DNA of 64,000 bases from NCBI GenBank assembly GCA_037446135.1, contig JBBIJD010000001.1, positions 17,076-81,075 of the forward strand, in the 5' to 3' direction. A program made the position numbers and the translations under genes. Shown here piece after piece: positions 9,581-19,122 of the stretch. Source of the DNA: Candidatus Fraserbacteria bacterium (lineage in GTDB: Bacteria; Bipolaricaulota; Bipolaricaulia; RBG-16-55-9; JANLFV01). The notes beneath the pieces were generated by a model. That model did not search any database. It saw only the letters and a program-made list of their open reading frames with translations, and was not told the DNA's origin. Each line of letters starts with the position of its first letter. Position 1 is the stretch's first letter.

Positions 9581-11631
9581 TCCACCTCCGTGATGACTAA
9601 GTTCCCGTATTCATCGACGCGGAGCCCCTGCCCGGGATAGACGATCGTCGTGCAGGCCGGCTCCTCGATCACCGCCGGGCCGGCGATCTCCGCCCCAACG
9701 GGGAGGAGGTCCCGCTCGTAGATCTTGCTCTTGAGGGCCCCTTGCTCATCGAAGTCCACCTCCCGCTCGCCCTTAAAGGCCCGGGCTAGCTCGCGCCCAT
9801 CAGTCGAGAGTCGCTTCAATTCCGGCTTCTCTACCCTCCCCCAGGCGACGAGATGGAAGTTGACCACCTCGATCGGGTCAGCGAGCCGGAAGCTGTAGGC
9901 CTGATCGTGGAGGGTATGGAACCGCTCTTGGACGACGGCCAGGTCCGTGGCCGAGAGGCGCTCGACATTCACCGGGGTCCGGACCGTATGCTCCTGCCCG
10001 CGATAGCGCATGTCCATCAACCTCTCTAGGACGATCGCCTCCGGGGAGACGCCCTCCGCGGCGAACTGCCTCAACGCCTCCTGGCTCATCTCGGCGAAGA
10101 TCCGGTTCATCCGCTCGAGCGAAGCCTCATTGCAGGGCATCACCTGGGTCCGGATGAAGTCGTGCCGCAAGTCGGTCATGAGCATCCCCCAGGCGGAGAA
10201 TTGCCCCGGGGCGCGAGGGATGACGACCTTCTTCAGGTTCAATTCTCGCGCGAGCAAGGGGGCATGGAGCCCCCCGGCCCCGCCGTAGGCGATCATCGTG
10301 AAGTCACGAGGATCGTAACCCCGCTCGATGCTCACCCGCTCGAGTGCCCCGCGCATGTTGGCGTTGGCCACGCGGATGATCCCGTGGGCCGCCCGGACCG
10401 TCTCGATCCCGAAGTAGCGGGCGATCTTCTCCATCGCCTCTTCGGCCCTCTTCACCTCGAGCTTGACCTCCCCGCCGAGGAAGTAGTCCGGATTGAGCCG
10501 CCCGGCCAGGAGATTGGCATCGGTGACCGTCGGCTCGGTCCCACCGCGACCGTAGCAGGCCGGGCCGGGATCAGCCCCGGCGCTCTGGGGCCCGACATTC
10601 AAGGCCCCGCCCTTATCGATCCAGCCGATCGACCCCCCGCCGGCCCCGACCTCGACGATATCCACGACCGGGATCTTGACGGGGTAGCCGGCGAAGGTGG
10701 CCGTCTTCTCGATGTGATAATCCGTCTTGATCTGGAGCCGTCCATGCTCGATGAGCGAGACCTTGGCCGTCGTCCCCCCCATGTCGAAGGCGATGATGTT
10801 CTCCTCATTGATGGCCCTCCCGATCATGATCGCCCCGATCACTCCCCCGATCGGACCGGACTCGACGAGATGGATCGGGACCGCCTGGGCCTGGGCGAAG
10901 GTAGTTGTCCCCCCATTCGACTGCATCGCATACTTCACTGAGGTCAGCCCCAGCCGTTGGAGATCCTCCTCCAGAGAGCGGAGGTAGCGGACGGTCGCGG
11001 GCTTGACATAAGCGTTGAGGACCGCGGTGTTCGTCCGCTCATACTCCCGCCACTCCTGGATGATCTCGTGGGAGAGGGTGACCTGGGCCTCGGGATAAAG
11101 CTCTTCGATCAATTCTTTGACACGCCGCTCATGGGCCGGGTTAGCGTAGGAGTGGATAAAGCAGACGGCGATCGACTCGATCCCCGCCTCCTTGCACTTC
11201 TCGATCGCCTCGCGGACCTCCTCCTCGTCCAGCTCTTGGAGGACCTCGCCCTTATAGTTGAGCCGCTCCGTCACCTCGAAGCGGTAGCGCCGGGGGACGA
11301 AGGGCCTCGGCTTCCTGTAGAAGAGGTTATACATATCGGGCCGATTGGCCCGCTGGATCTCCAGGACATCCCGGAAGCCCTTGGTGGTGATGAGCGCGGT
11401 CTTGGCCCCCTTCCGCTCGGTGATCGCGTTGATCACTACCGTAGTCCCATGGACGAATTGGTTGATCTCGCCCGGATCGAGGCCGCTCTTCTCGATGGTC
11501 TTGATCACCCCTCGAGCGAAGTTCTCCGGGGTCGTATGGTCCTTCTCGAGGAGGACCTCGCCGGTCCCCTCATCGAGCACGACAAGATCAGTGAATGTAC
11601 CCCCGATGTCGATCGCCAGCCTCTTGGCCAT
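9577..11631 (-). CDS. Hydantoinase A / 5-oxoprolinase family ATP-dependent subunit
   Basis: DIGGTFTD, HGTT..INA, REYERT, ESGP, DMGGTT, SAGADPGPACYG, GGAGGLH. Confidence 0.95.
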   Translation of the reverse strand: MAKRLAIDIGGTFTDLVVLDEGTGEVLLEKDHTTPENFARGVIKTIEKSGLDPGEINQFVHGTTVVINAITERKGAKTALITTKGFRDVLEIQRANRPDMYNLFYRKPRPFVPRRYRFEVTERLNYKGEVLQELDEEEVREAIEKCKEAGIESIAVCFIHSYANPAHERRVKELIEELYPEAQVTLSHEIIQEWREYERTNTAVLNAYVKPATVRYLRSLEEDLQRLGLTSVKYAMQSNGGTTTFAQAQAVPIHLVESGPIGGVIGAIMIGRAINEENIIAFDMGGTTAKVSLIEHGRLQIKTDYHIEKTATFAGYPVKIPVVDIVEVGAGGGSIGWIDKGGALNVGPQSAGADPGPACYGRGGTEPTVTDANLLAGRLNPDYFLGGEVKLEVKRAEEAMEKIARYFGIETVRAAHGIIRVANANMRGALERVSIERGYDPRDFTMIAYGGAGGLHAPLLARELNLKKVVIPRAPGQFSAWGMLMTDLRHDFIRTQVMPCNEASLERMNRIFAEMSQEALRQFAAEGVSPEAIVLERLMDMRYRGQEHTVRTPVNVERLSATDLAVVQERFHTLHDQAYSFRLADPIEVVNFHLVAWGRVEKPELKRLSTDGRELARAFKGEREVDFDEQGALKSKIYERDLLPVGAEIAGPAVIEEPACTTIVYPGQGLRVDEYGNLVITEVE

Positions 11632-12193
11632 CGCTCAGCTCGCCTCCTTCTAAGAGCCTTGGTGTCAGGACCCAGATCACCTTCGCCGGCTCGGCCCCCT
11701 CATTCCTGTAGGTATGCGGGACTTCGGAAGCGAAATGGATGCTGTCCCCCGGCTCGAGCCGGTAGTCCCTCCCTTGGATGGTGAGGGTGATCGAGCCCTC
11801 CAGGACATAGGCGAACTCCTCGCCCCGATGGGCGAACGGCGGAGTCCCATCATAATGGGGCGGGACCTCGACGAGGAGTGGTTCGAGGGCCTTGTTCCGG
11901 AGGGGGCCGCTTAAGGCGCTGTAGGTGATCGCGGAGCCCTCGATCTTGAACTGCCCATGGTTTTGGGAGCGGATGACGACCGAGGGATTGTGGGCAATGG
12001 TGAAGAAGGTGGAGAGAGGGACGCCGAGGGCTGTGGCTACGGCGCTGAGTGAGGAGATAGAGAGCGAGGAGCGCCCCCGCTCGACCTGGGAGAGGAAGCT
12101 TACCGAGAGGCCGCTCCGCTCGGCCAGCCGCTGGAGGGTCCAGCCCTGCCGCTTGCGCAGTTCGCGAATCTGGCTGCCAATATCCTTCACCAC
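11588..12193 (-). CDS. XRE-family HTH + cupin transcriptional regulator (PuuR-like)
   Basis: LAERSGLSVSFLSQVERG HTH and HRGEEFAYVLEG cupin; overlaps the downstream gene by 44 nt. Confidence 0.92.
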   Translation of the reverse strand: MVKDIGSQIRELRKRQGWTLQRLAERSGLSVSFLSQVERGRSSLSISSLSAVATALGVPLSTFFTIAHNPSVVIRSQNHGQFKIEGSAITYSALSGPLRNKALEPLLVEVPPHYDGTPPFAHRGEEFAYVLEGSITLTIQGRDYRLEPGDSIHFASEVPHTYRNEGAEPAKVIWVLTPRLLEGGELSDGQEAGDRHRGYIH

Positions 12194-12206
12194 GCCCCTC
12201 CGCGGC

Positions 12207-12240
12207 TTTCGAGTATACTGTAAAAATTCCCATATGTCAA
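12207..12240 (-). promoter_or_regulatory. Sigma70 promoter of the hydantoinase operon, with a palindromic operator candidate over the -10
   Basis: TTGACA(12240-35)-17-TATACT(12217-12); imperfect palindrome TTTCGAGTATACTGTAAA at 12207-12224. Confidence 0.75.
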
Positions 12241-12273
12241 GAGAGGGCTCGGCCCTAATCCCAATGGGGCAGG

Positions 12274-12302
12274 TTGACTTTTGATTTCTACCGGACTAAA
12301 AT
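12274..12302 (+). promoter_or_regulatory. Sigma70 promoter for proline dehydrogenase
   Basis: TTGACT-17-TAAAAT. Confidence 0.65.
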
Positions 12303-12341
12303 CGCGGGAAGATTTGGGACGCTGAAGGTGGGTGAGACGGA

Positions 12342-13268
12342 TTGATGAGATCTCTTCTCTTATACCTCTCGCGGAACGAGCGCTTAGAGGGGTTCGTCCT
12401 CCGCTCCAAGTTGGCCCGCCGGGCGGCCCGGCGATTCATCGCTGGGGAGACGATGGACGAGGCCTTGAAGGTCGTCCAGGGGCTGAATGAGCGGGGCTTG
12501 CTCGCCACGATCGACCACCTTGGAGAGAATGTCACGAGGGCGGAGGAGGCCCGCGCCGCCGCCGCTGAGTATCTAGAGCTCCTCCCGAAGATCGCCGCGC
12601 TCGGCCTCCAGTCCCACGCCTCTCTCAAGCTGACTCAGATGGGGCTGGATCTCGGGCTGGAGTTCTGTCAGGGGAACCTCGAGCAGATCGTGGCCCGGGC
12701 CAAGGAGTTGGGCAACTTCGTCCGGATCGATATGGAAGGCTCGGCCTATACTGATCGGACCCTCGCCCTCTTCTCCAGGTTGAGGGAGAAGTATGATAAT
12801 TTGGGGATCGTCCTCCAGGCCAACCTCCGCCGGACGGAACGGGACCTCGCGAGGCTGATCGAGCTGGGAGCGAATGTCCGCCTCTGCAAGGGGGCCTATA
12901 AGGAGCCGGCGAAGATCGCGTTCCCCAAGAAGCGCGAAGTTGACGCCAACTATATCAAGCTGATGGAGATGCTCCTGAGCCGGGAGGCTCGGGCCAAGGG
13001 GGCCTACGCCGCGATCGCGACCCATGACGAGCGGATGATCGCCAAGGCCAAGGAGTTGGCGGCCCGGGAGGGCTTGGGCCGGGAGGAGTTCGAGTTCCAG
13101 ATGCTCCTCGGGATCAGAAGGCGGCTGGCGGAGGAGTTGGCCGATGAAGGCTACCGCGTCCGGATCTATGTCTCCTACGGGACAGCCTGGTATCCCTTCT
13201 ACATGCGGCGGCTCGCCGAGCGGCCGGCCAATCTCTTGTTCCTCTTGAGGAATGTCTTCAGGCGCTAA
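12342..13268 (+). CDS. putB: Monofunctional proline dehydrogenase
   Basis: RRFIAGE, SLKLTQ, RIDME, RLCKGAY, IATHD, EFQML.G, MRRLAERPAN. Confidence 0.93.
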   Translation: MMRSLLLYLSRNERLEGFVLRSKLARRAARRFIAGETMDEALKVVQGLNERGLLATIDHLGENVTRAEEARAAAAEYLELLPKIAALGLQSHASLKLTQMGLDLGLEFCQGNLEQIVARAKELGNFVRIDMEGSAYTDRTLALFSRLREKYDNLGIVLQANLRRTERDLARLIELGANVRLCKGAYKEPAKIAFPKKREVDANYIKLMEMLLSREARAKGAYAAIATHDERMIAKAKELAAREGLGREEFEFQMLLGIRRRLAEELADEGYRVRIYVSYGTAWYPFYMRRLAERPANLLFLLRNVFRR

Positions 13269-14124
13269 CGCTAATATCTTCCGGCGCGGGGCGGCCCTCC
13301 CCAGGCCGATCCTGAACATCGCCCATCGCGGGGCCGCCTCCCTTGCCCCGGAGAATACCCTCGCCGCGGCCCGAAAGGCCCATGAACTGGGAGCCGACCT
13401 CTGGGAATGCGATGTCCGGTTCACTAAAGATGGGCTCCCGATCCTGATGCACGACGCTACCCTCCGGCGGACGACCGATGTTTATAGAAGATTCCCGACC
13501 CGCGGGCCCTGGTGGGTCCACCTCTTCACGCTCGAGGAGATCGACCGGCTCGATGCCAGCTCCTGGTTCAACGAGGTCGACCCCTTCGGGCAGATCCGAG
13601 CCGGGGCGGTCTCACCCGAGGAGCGGGAGGGCTATCGCGGCGAGCCGGTCCCGACCCTCAAAGAGGCCCTCCGCTTCACTAAAGAGCGCGGCTGGCGGGT
13701 CAACCTCGAGCTGAAGGCCGCGGTCCACTTGGCTCCCCGAGTGGTTGCACAAAGGGTCCTCGAAATCGTTCAGGAGATGGGAATGGCAGAGAGAGTGCTC
13801 ATCTCCTCCTATAATGAGCGGGTCTTGAGGGAGGTCAAGCGGTTGGACCGCGAGATCGCCATCGCCCCCTTGGTCGCTCTCCGTCCTCAAGATCCCGTCG
13901 GGTATCTCGAGCGGCTCGAAGCCGAGGCCTATCATCCCAGCCTCTGGGCCTTCAACGCCGAGGACGCGCGCGAGCTGCGCCGGTTGGGGTTCGGCGTGAA
14001 CCTCTGGACCTGCGACGCTCTGGATCGCTTGCGCGAGCTCGCCGCTGGAGGCCTAGTGAGCGGGATCTTCACCAACTTCCCCCAACGGCTCGGGCCGATC
14101 CTGGAGGAGTTCTTTAGGCCCTAG
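13252..14124 (+). CDS. Glycerophosphodiester phosphodiesterase
   Basis: AHRG..APENT, ECDV..TKDG..LMHD..L.RTT, NLELK. Confidence 0.92.
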   Translation: MSSGANANIFRRGAALPRPILNIAHRGAASLAPENTLAAARKAHELGADLWECDVRFTKDGLPILMHDATLRRTTDVYRRFPTRGPWWVHLFTLEEIDRLDASSWFNEVDPFGQIRAGAVSPEEREGYRGEPVPTLKEALRFTKERGWRVNLELKAAVHLAPRVVAQRVLEIVQEMGMAERVLISSYNERVLREVKRLDREIAIAPLVALRPQDPVGYLERLEAEAYHPSLWAFNAEDARELRRLGFGVNLWTCDALDRLRELAAGGLVSGIFTNFPQRLGPILEEFFRP

Positions 14125-16124
14125 TGAGCGGGCTCGCGGAACTCAAGGAGCCCCATCTTCTCCAGGAGCTCGAAGTGCCGGACCAGCCACTTCCCTGCAC
14201 GCTCGCCGGCCTCGAGCTCCACCAGATCGATGATCTCGGCCAGGGTCCGCCTCCCATCGGCCCAGTAGAGCGCGAGTGTCGGGAGGATCGCGGGCTTCTC
14301 CTTGAAGTCCTTGCGGAGGCGATGCCAAGCCTCCCGGTCTTCCCAAGTGAGCCTCCTCAGATAGGGCTGGAGCTGAGCGATCGGGCCGCGATAGCGCCTT
14401 ACGGGGATGAGCTCCTCCGCTCGCTCTGCCCAAGGTTCGGACTCGCGCTTTAGCTCTTCGGGGAGCTTGACCTTGGTCTGACGGGCGATCAACTCCCTGG
14501 CCCGGGCCAGCTCATGGCCGGAGAATTCCAGGATTTCCCGCCGCTCATCGGAGAGATCGAACTCCGACTTACGCGGGACGAGCTTCAGGATCGAGTCCAA
14601 GGCCTTCGCCCCCCGGTCGGCCAGGTAGTCCCCCTCCCGAGCCAGCCTCGCGGCAAGCCGCCGGACTTCTTCGGCCTTTCCCGCCGCCAGGGCCTCCGGC
14701 AGTCTCTCCTGAATCAGCTTGAGCAGCTCGGCCTTGGCCTGGGCCACCACCTCCGCAGCCAGCCAGCGAGCCTCTCCCTCCCCAGCATTGGCGACAAGGT
14801 AAGCGGAGGAGGCGGCCAAGCTCCCCACAAGATGGAGCATCTTCGGGCTCACCTTGTCCGGGGTGTCTAGGCTGGTATGGTAGAACCGGTCAGGCCACTG
14901 GATGAGCATCACCGTCGGGACACCGACCGTGGGATCGGAGAGGACATAGTGGTCGCTCCCGCCGGAGAAGGGGACATCGGCGTAGCGGAAGGGGGCATAG
15001 CCACCGCGGCTGCTGAAGCCCTTCAGCTCGTGGGTGAACTCCTCCCTTACCCTCCGGACCAAAGGCTCGATGAACCCCGGAGAGGCCCCGGGGAGCCGGT
15101 CGATCAAGAGGCTGCTCCCACATCGATCTTGGTCCTCTCCGACCATGTCCAGGTTGAGCCCCGCGATCATCCTGGGGATGGCCTCCTCATGGGAGGCGAG
15201 GTAGGCGATCGTCCCGGTCATCTCCGGGACGAGGAGGAAGCGGATCCCTCGCTTAGGCTTGCCCAATTTGCCTTGTGTGATCAGCGCTTGCAATGCCCGG
15301 GCGGCCTCGAGCAGCGCCGCCGCGCCGGAGGCATTATCGTTCGCGCTCGGCTTGGGATGACAGAGGTGGGCTAAGATCAAAACCTCCTCCGGACCTTCAC
15401 CAGGGATGAGGGCAGAGACGACCTCCAGTTTCCCGTCCCAGGAGCGGCTCTCGACTTGTGCCCTTATCTTGAGCCGCTTCCCCTCCTTGAAGAGCCGGCG
15501 GAGCCTCTCCCCCTCCCGCGGGGTGAGGACGAACCCGAAGCACTTCCGTTCGTCACCGCTCCACCAGAAGGAGGCATACTGCCTAGCATCGGGGAGGTCC
15601 AGCCTCTGCCGGATGGGGAGCTCGCGCAGCCCATCGAAGGCGATCCCCACGGCCCCGCCCCGTTCGACCGCCAGGTCGTAGACCCTCTGGAGGTCCCCCT
15701 TAGTGAGGATGGCCTTCCCTTGAAGGTCGAGGCCCTCGTATTCTTCTGCTTCCTCGCCGTCCTCGAGGAGGACTAGCTCGGCCTCTAAGTCCGCCGGTCC
15801 GCTCCGCTGGATTAGCGCGAGCGGACATTCCTGGAAGTCCGCCAGCTTCCGCTCCTCCGGCTCGATCAAGAAGAGCCTCGCCCCTTCGGCCTCCCATTCC
15901 TGGAACATCGGCAGCGCCCAGTATCTCTCCCTCGGGTCTGCAGGGAAGGCGAGGAGCTGGACCCCCAGGCCCGCCTCTTCCAACTCTGCGGCCGCGAGCT
16001 CCGCCGCGGCGCGGAAGCCCGGGCTCGCCTGGATCCGGTGGTATCTTGTGATCGTAGCTACCAAGTCCAGGGCCCGCTCGCCCGAGAGCTCGTCACGGAT
16101 CGGCTCGATGATCGACTTGAGCAT
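14121..16124 (-). CDS. DUF4910/M28-type aminopeptidase-like protein with PA-like and C-terminal wHTH-like regions
   Basis: AHLCHP..ANDNASG, PE..G, NLDMVG, GSDH, YHTS.DT. Confidence 0.8.
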   Translation of the reverse strand: MLKSIIEPIRDELSGERALDLVATITRYHRIQASPGFRAAAELAAAELEEAGLGVQLLAFPADPRERYWALPMFQEWEAEGARLFLIEPEERKLADFQECPLALIQRSGPADLEAELVLLEDGEEAEEYEGLDLQGKAILTKGDLQRVYDLAVERGGAVGIAFDGLRELPIRQRLDLPDARQYASFWWSGDERKCFGFVLTPREGERLRRLFKEGKRLKIRAQVESRSWDGKLEVVSALIPGEGPEEVLILAHLCHPKPSANDNASGAAALLEAARALQALITQGKLGKPKRGIRFLLVPEMTGTIAYLASHEEAIPRMIAGLNLDMVGEDQDRCGSSLLIDRLPGASPGFIEPLVRRVREEFTHELKGFSSRGGYAPFRYADVPFSGGSDHYVLSDPTVGVPTVMLIQWPDRFYHTSLDTPDKVSPKMLHLVGSLAASSAYLVANAGEGEARWLAAEVVAQAKAELLKLIQERLPEALAAGKAEEVRRLAARLAREGDYLADRGAKALDSILKLVPRKSEFDLSDERREILEFSGHELARARELIARQTKVKLPEELKRESEPWAERAEELIPVRRYRGPIAQLQPYLRRLTWEDREAWHRLRKDFKEKPAILPTLALYWADGRRTLAEIIDLVELEAGERAGKWLVRHFELLEKMGLLEFREPAH

Positions 16125-16223
16125 GGCCTAAGCATAGACCGGGGAGCTGGCGGAGGCAAACCAATGGATGCTTGCGCTCGTCGTTCTTGCCCGAGGGCTG
16201 CCCCCCTTGTGAAGGAGAGGGCG

Positions 16224-16499
16224 CTACCGCAGTGCCAACTCAGGGAAGAGCGGCTCCATGTCGATGGTCAGGACCCGTTCGAGGATCAAGGCCCGCTGCT
16301 CCTGGTCCCGCAGCTCCCGGATCAGGCGGTCGAGCTCCTCCAAGGGGAGGCTCTCGAGCCGCTCGACCTCCAGCCCGCGCTCGACTGCCAGGTATTGGAG
16401 GAGGCCGCGGCGGGGGATCCTCCCTCGGCGGAGGAGTTGATAAAGGCGGGAGAGGCGGTCTTCCAGCTCCAATTCCCCGAGCTCGGTGTCAGTGGACAC
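16224..16499 (-). CDS. Hypothetical helical protein (91 aa, GTG start)
   Basis: GGGAGG RBS; overlaps the upstream small gene; protein-like composition. Confidence 0.6.
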   Translation of the reverse strand: MSTDTELGELELEDRLSRLYQLLRRGRIPRRGLLQYLAVERGLEVERLESLPLEELDRLIRELRDQEQRALILERVLTIDMEPLFPELALR

Positions 16500-16728
16500 C
16501 TTGGGCCTCCCGCTCCAGGAATTGTTCGACCTCCGCTGTCGCCTTCTCCAGGAAGGGGGCGAGGATCGAGCGATGGCCGCAGTAGGGGCAGCGCCCGCGG
16601 TAGAGGAGGGCGTCATACTCCTGGTAGCACTTGACGCAACTCCGGCTCCGGTAGGCCTGGAGGGAATCCCTGCCGTAGAGGAGCTTGAAGGCCTCTTCCC
16701 AATCCCGCGTTCGCCTCAATTCGATCAT
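16489..16728 (-). CDS. Small zinc-ribbon protein (79 aa)
   Basis: GAGGTGA RBS before the ATG at 16728; CVKC...CPYC. Confidence 0.7.
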   Translation of the reverse strand: MIELRRTRDWEEAFKLLYGRDSLQAYRSRSCVKCYQEYDALLYRGRCPYCGHRSILAPFLEKATAEVEQFLEREAQGVH

Positions 16729-16878
16729 CTGATCACCTCGACCGGTTTTACCCCCCAGGGCGGCGAGAGGAGACCCCGATCTTCCCTCAGCGAGGGGAAA
16801 TTGAGGTCGATCGGAGAGAAAGGCTGCTCCAGGCTCCAGCTTGAACCTCCCGGTTTTGGCCCATAAAATAGCAAGAGC

Positions 16879-17604
16879 ATGATGCGCGAGCTTATTCCTT
16901 TCTTCTCTTTCATCTTCGAGGGCCTCCCCGAGGAGGCCCTGGCGGAGCTCAGCGAGGAGGCTCTCCTCGTCGGGTATAACGAGGGCGACCTCGTCGTCCA
17001 GGAGGGGAGCCCCTTCTCCGGGGTCTATATCATCTACAGCGGGCTGGTCCTGATCGGGAAATACTCCTCCTCCAGGAAGCGCCGGATCCTCCGGTTCCTC
17101 GCCCCGCGCGAGTTCTTCGGCCTGGAGGCCCTCTTCATGAAGGATCAGGAGACGAATATCCAGTTCGCCCGGGCCCTCCTCGACTCGGAATTGGTCTTCA
17201 TCCGCGCTGAGCCGCTTCTGGAATTCCTCCAGCGCTACCCACTGGCGATGCTCACTCTCTGCCGCTGGTTCGCCCGCGAGGTGGCGATGCTCGAATTCAA
17301 GCTCACCAGGGACGCGACCGAGGGGAGCCTCCACAACCTGGCGATGTTGCTCCTCGCCCTCTCCAATAAGTATGGCCATGAGACCCCCGCAGGGACGATC
17401 ATCAACCTCGAGCTCCCGCGGGCGCTGATGGCGGAGATGGTGGGGATCTCGGAGGAGACCCTGCTCAAGCTCCTGAAGCGGCTCAGGGACCAGCAGATCA
17501 TCTCGGTCCAGGACTCCAAGATCACCATCATCAATAAGGAGAAACTCGATAGCCTCGCCTTGACCGCCGACTTCTACTTGACGATCCTAGAAGAGACACT
17601 TTAA
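16879..17604 (+). CDS. Crp/Fnr family transcriptional regulator
   Basis: cNMP-binding fold (EG.P..GVYIIYSGLV; FFG) and C-terminal HTH; promoter TTGAAC-17-TAAAAT at 16841-16869. Confidence 0.9.
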   Translation: MMRELIPFFSFIFEGLPEEALAELSEEALLVGYNEGDLVVQEGSPFSGVYIIYSGLVLIGKYSSSRKRRILRFLAPREFFGLEALFMKDQETNIQFARALLDSELVFIRAEPLLEFLQRYPLAMLTLCRWFAREVAMLEFKLTRDATEGSLHNLAMLLLALSNKYGHETPAGTIINLELPRALMAEMVGISEETLLKLLKRLRDQQIISVQDSKITIINKEKLDSLALTADFYLTILEETL

Positions 17605-17743
17605 CCCCGAACCACCCTGAAAAGTCCACCCAATTCGCTGGCCTTTTCAGTCGCCCGAGCGCGAAAAATAAGGCCGCTTATATGATCCCAGTCGCGGCAA
17701 GAGCCCTATCCCTTCCTTAACCTGATAGTGAGGTGGTGCAGAG

Positions 17744-19060
17744 ATGATAGAGGTTCAAGAGTCCAAGGCCTCGGAGGCTACGATAGTCGAGGCCGTGCCA
17801 GCGGCAAGCGTCAACCCCTATGAGATGGTCCTCACCCAGTTGAGGCTGGTGGCCGCGCGGCTCGAGCTGGAGCCGGGGCTCCTCGCGATCCTCTCCCATC
17901 CGGAGCGGGTCCTGGAGGTCTCCCTCCCAGTGAAGATGGATGATGGCCGGATCGAGGTCTTCACCGGCTATCGTGTCCAGCATAGCAGCGTCCGCGGCCC
18001 GTGCAAAGGGGGGATCCGCTACCATCCCGCCGTGACCCTCGATGAGGTGAAGGCCCTCGCCACCTGGATGACCCTGAAGTGCGCCGTGGTCAACCTCCCC
18101 TATGGCGGGGCTAAGGGCGGGATCAGATGCGATCCGACCCGGCTCTCATTGGGCGAGTTGGAGCGATTGACCCGCCGGTATGCGGTGATGATCCGGCCGA
18201 TCATCGGCCCGCAGAAGGACATCCCCGCCCCAGATGTGAATACCAACGCTGTAGTCATGGACTGGATCATGGACACCCTCTCCGTCTTCAGCGACTACTA
18301 TACCGATGAGGTCGTCACGGGGAAGTCGATCGAGCTCGGCGGGGCCCAAGGTCGGCGGGAGGCGACCGGCCGAGGGGTGATGGTCGTGACCAAGGAGATC
18401 CTCAAGCGGCTGAACCGCGACATCACCAAGACCACCGTCGCGGTCCAGGGCTACGGGAATGTCGGCTCCGTCTCGGCTACATTGCTCGCCCGCGAGGGCT
18501 GCCGCGTCGTGGGGGTGAGCGATATCTCCACCGGGCTCTATAACCCCAATGGATTGAATATCGCCGAGATCAACGAGTATGTGGCCCAATCCCCCGGCCA
18601 TCTCCTCAAGGGCTACTCCGCCCCGGGGGTCGAGGAGATCACCAACCAGGAGCTCCTGGCCCTCGATGTCGATGTGCTCGTCCCGGCGGCCCTCGAGGCG
18701 CAGATCACCGCTGAGAATGCCGGCTCAGTCCGGGCCAAGATCATCGTCGAAGGGGCCAACGGGCCGACGACCCCGGAGGCCGATGTGATCCTAGCGGAGA
18801 AGGGGGTCTACATCGTGCCGGACATCCTGGCGAACGCCGGCGGAGTGGTCGTCTCCTACTTCGAGTGGGTTCAGGACCTCCAGTCCTTCTTCTGGGACGA
18901 GGAGGAGACGAACCAGAAGCTCGCGAAGATCATGCAGCAGAGCTTCGCCGAGGTCTGGACCCTGGCCCATCTTGAGGGGGTCTCGCTCCGGATGGCGGCC
19001 CTGATGCTCGGCGTCCGGCGGGTGGCCCAGGCGATCAAGAAGCGGGGGATCTTCCCCTAA
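17744..19060 (+). CDS. gdhA: Glu/Leu/Phe/Val dehydrogenase (glutamate dehydrogenase) 1
   Basis: GPCKGGIRY, KCAV..LPYGGAKGG, DIPAPD, GYGNVG, EGANGP, NAGGV.VSYFEW. Confidence 0.95.
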   Translation: MIEVQESKASEATIVEAVPAASVNPYEMVLTQLRLVAARLELEPGLLAILSHPERVLEVSLPVKMDDGRIEVFTGYRVQHSSVRGPCKGGIRYHPAVTLDEVKALATWMTLKCAVVNLPYGGAKGGIRCDPTRLSLGELERLTRRYAVMIRPIIGPQKDIPAPDVNTNAVVMDWIMDTLSVFSDYYTDEVVTGKSIELGGAQGRREATGRGVMVVTKEILKRLNRDITKTTVAVQGYGNVGSVSATLLAREGCRVVGVSDISTGLYNPNGLNIAEINEYVAQSPGHLLKGYSAPGVEEITNQELLALDVDVLVPAALEAQITAENAGSVRAKIIVEGANGPTTPEADVILAEKGVYIVPDILANAGGVVVSYFEWVQDLQSFFWDEEETNQKLAKIMQQSFAEVWTLAHLEGVSLRMAALMLGVRRVAQAIKKRGIFP

Positions 19061-19122
19061 AGGCGGACCCCGCAAACCAAGCAGGGGGTGGATCGTGAGG
19101 AACGATCCTCCAAGGAGGGCGA

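Noticed and set aside
11588..11631. Frameshift or pseudogene at the regulator/hydantoinase A overlap
   Set aside because: Both proteins are full length with an internal SD; a simple C-terminal extension explains the 44-nt overlap
16489..17379. 296-aa ORF as called by the track
   Set aside because: Its N-terminal part is antisense to crp; only the last 79 codons have an RBS and protein-like features
17744..19060. Catalytically dead regulatory GDH subunit
   Set aside because: The substrate-binding and catalytic Lys motifs and DIPAPD are intact
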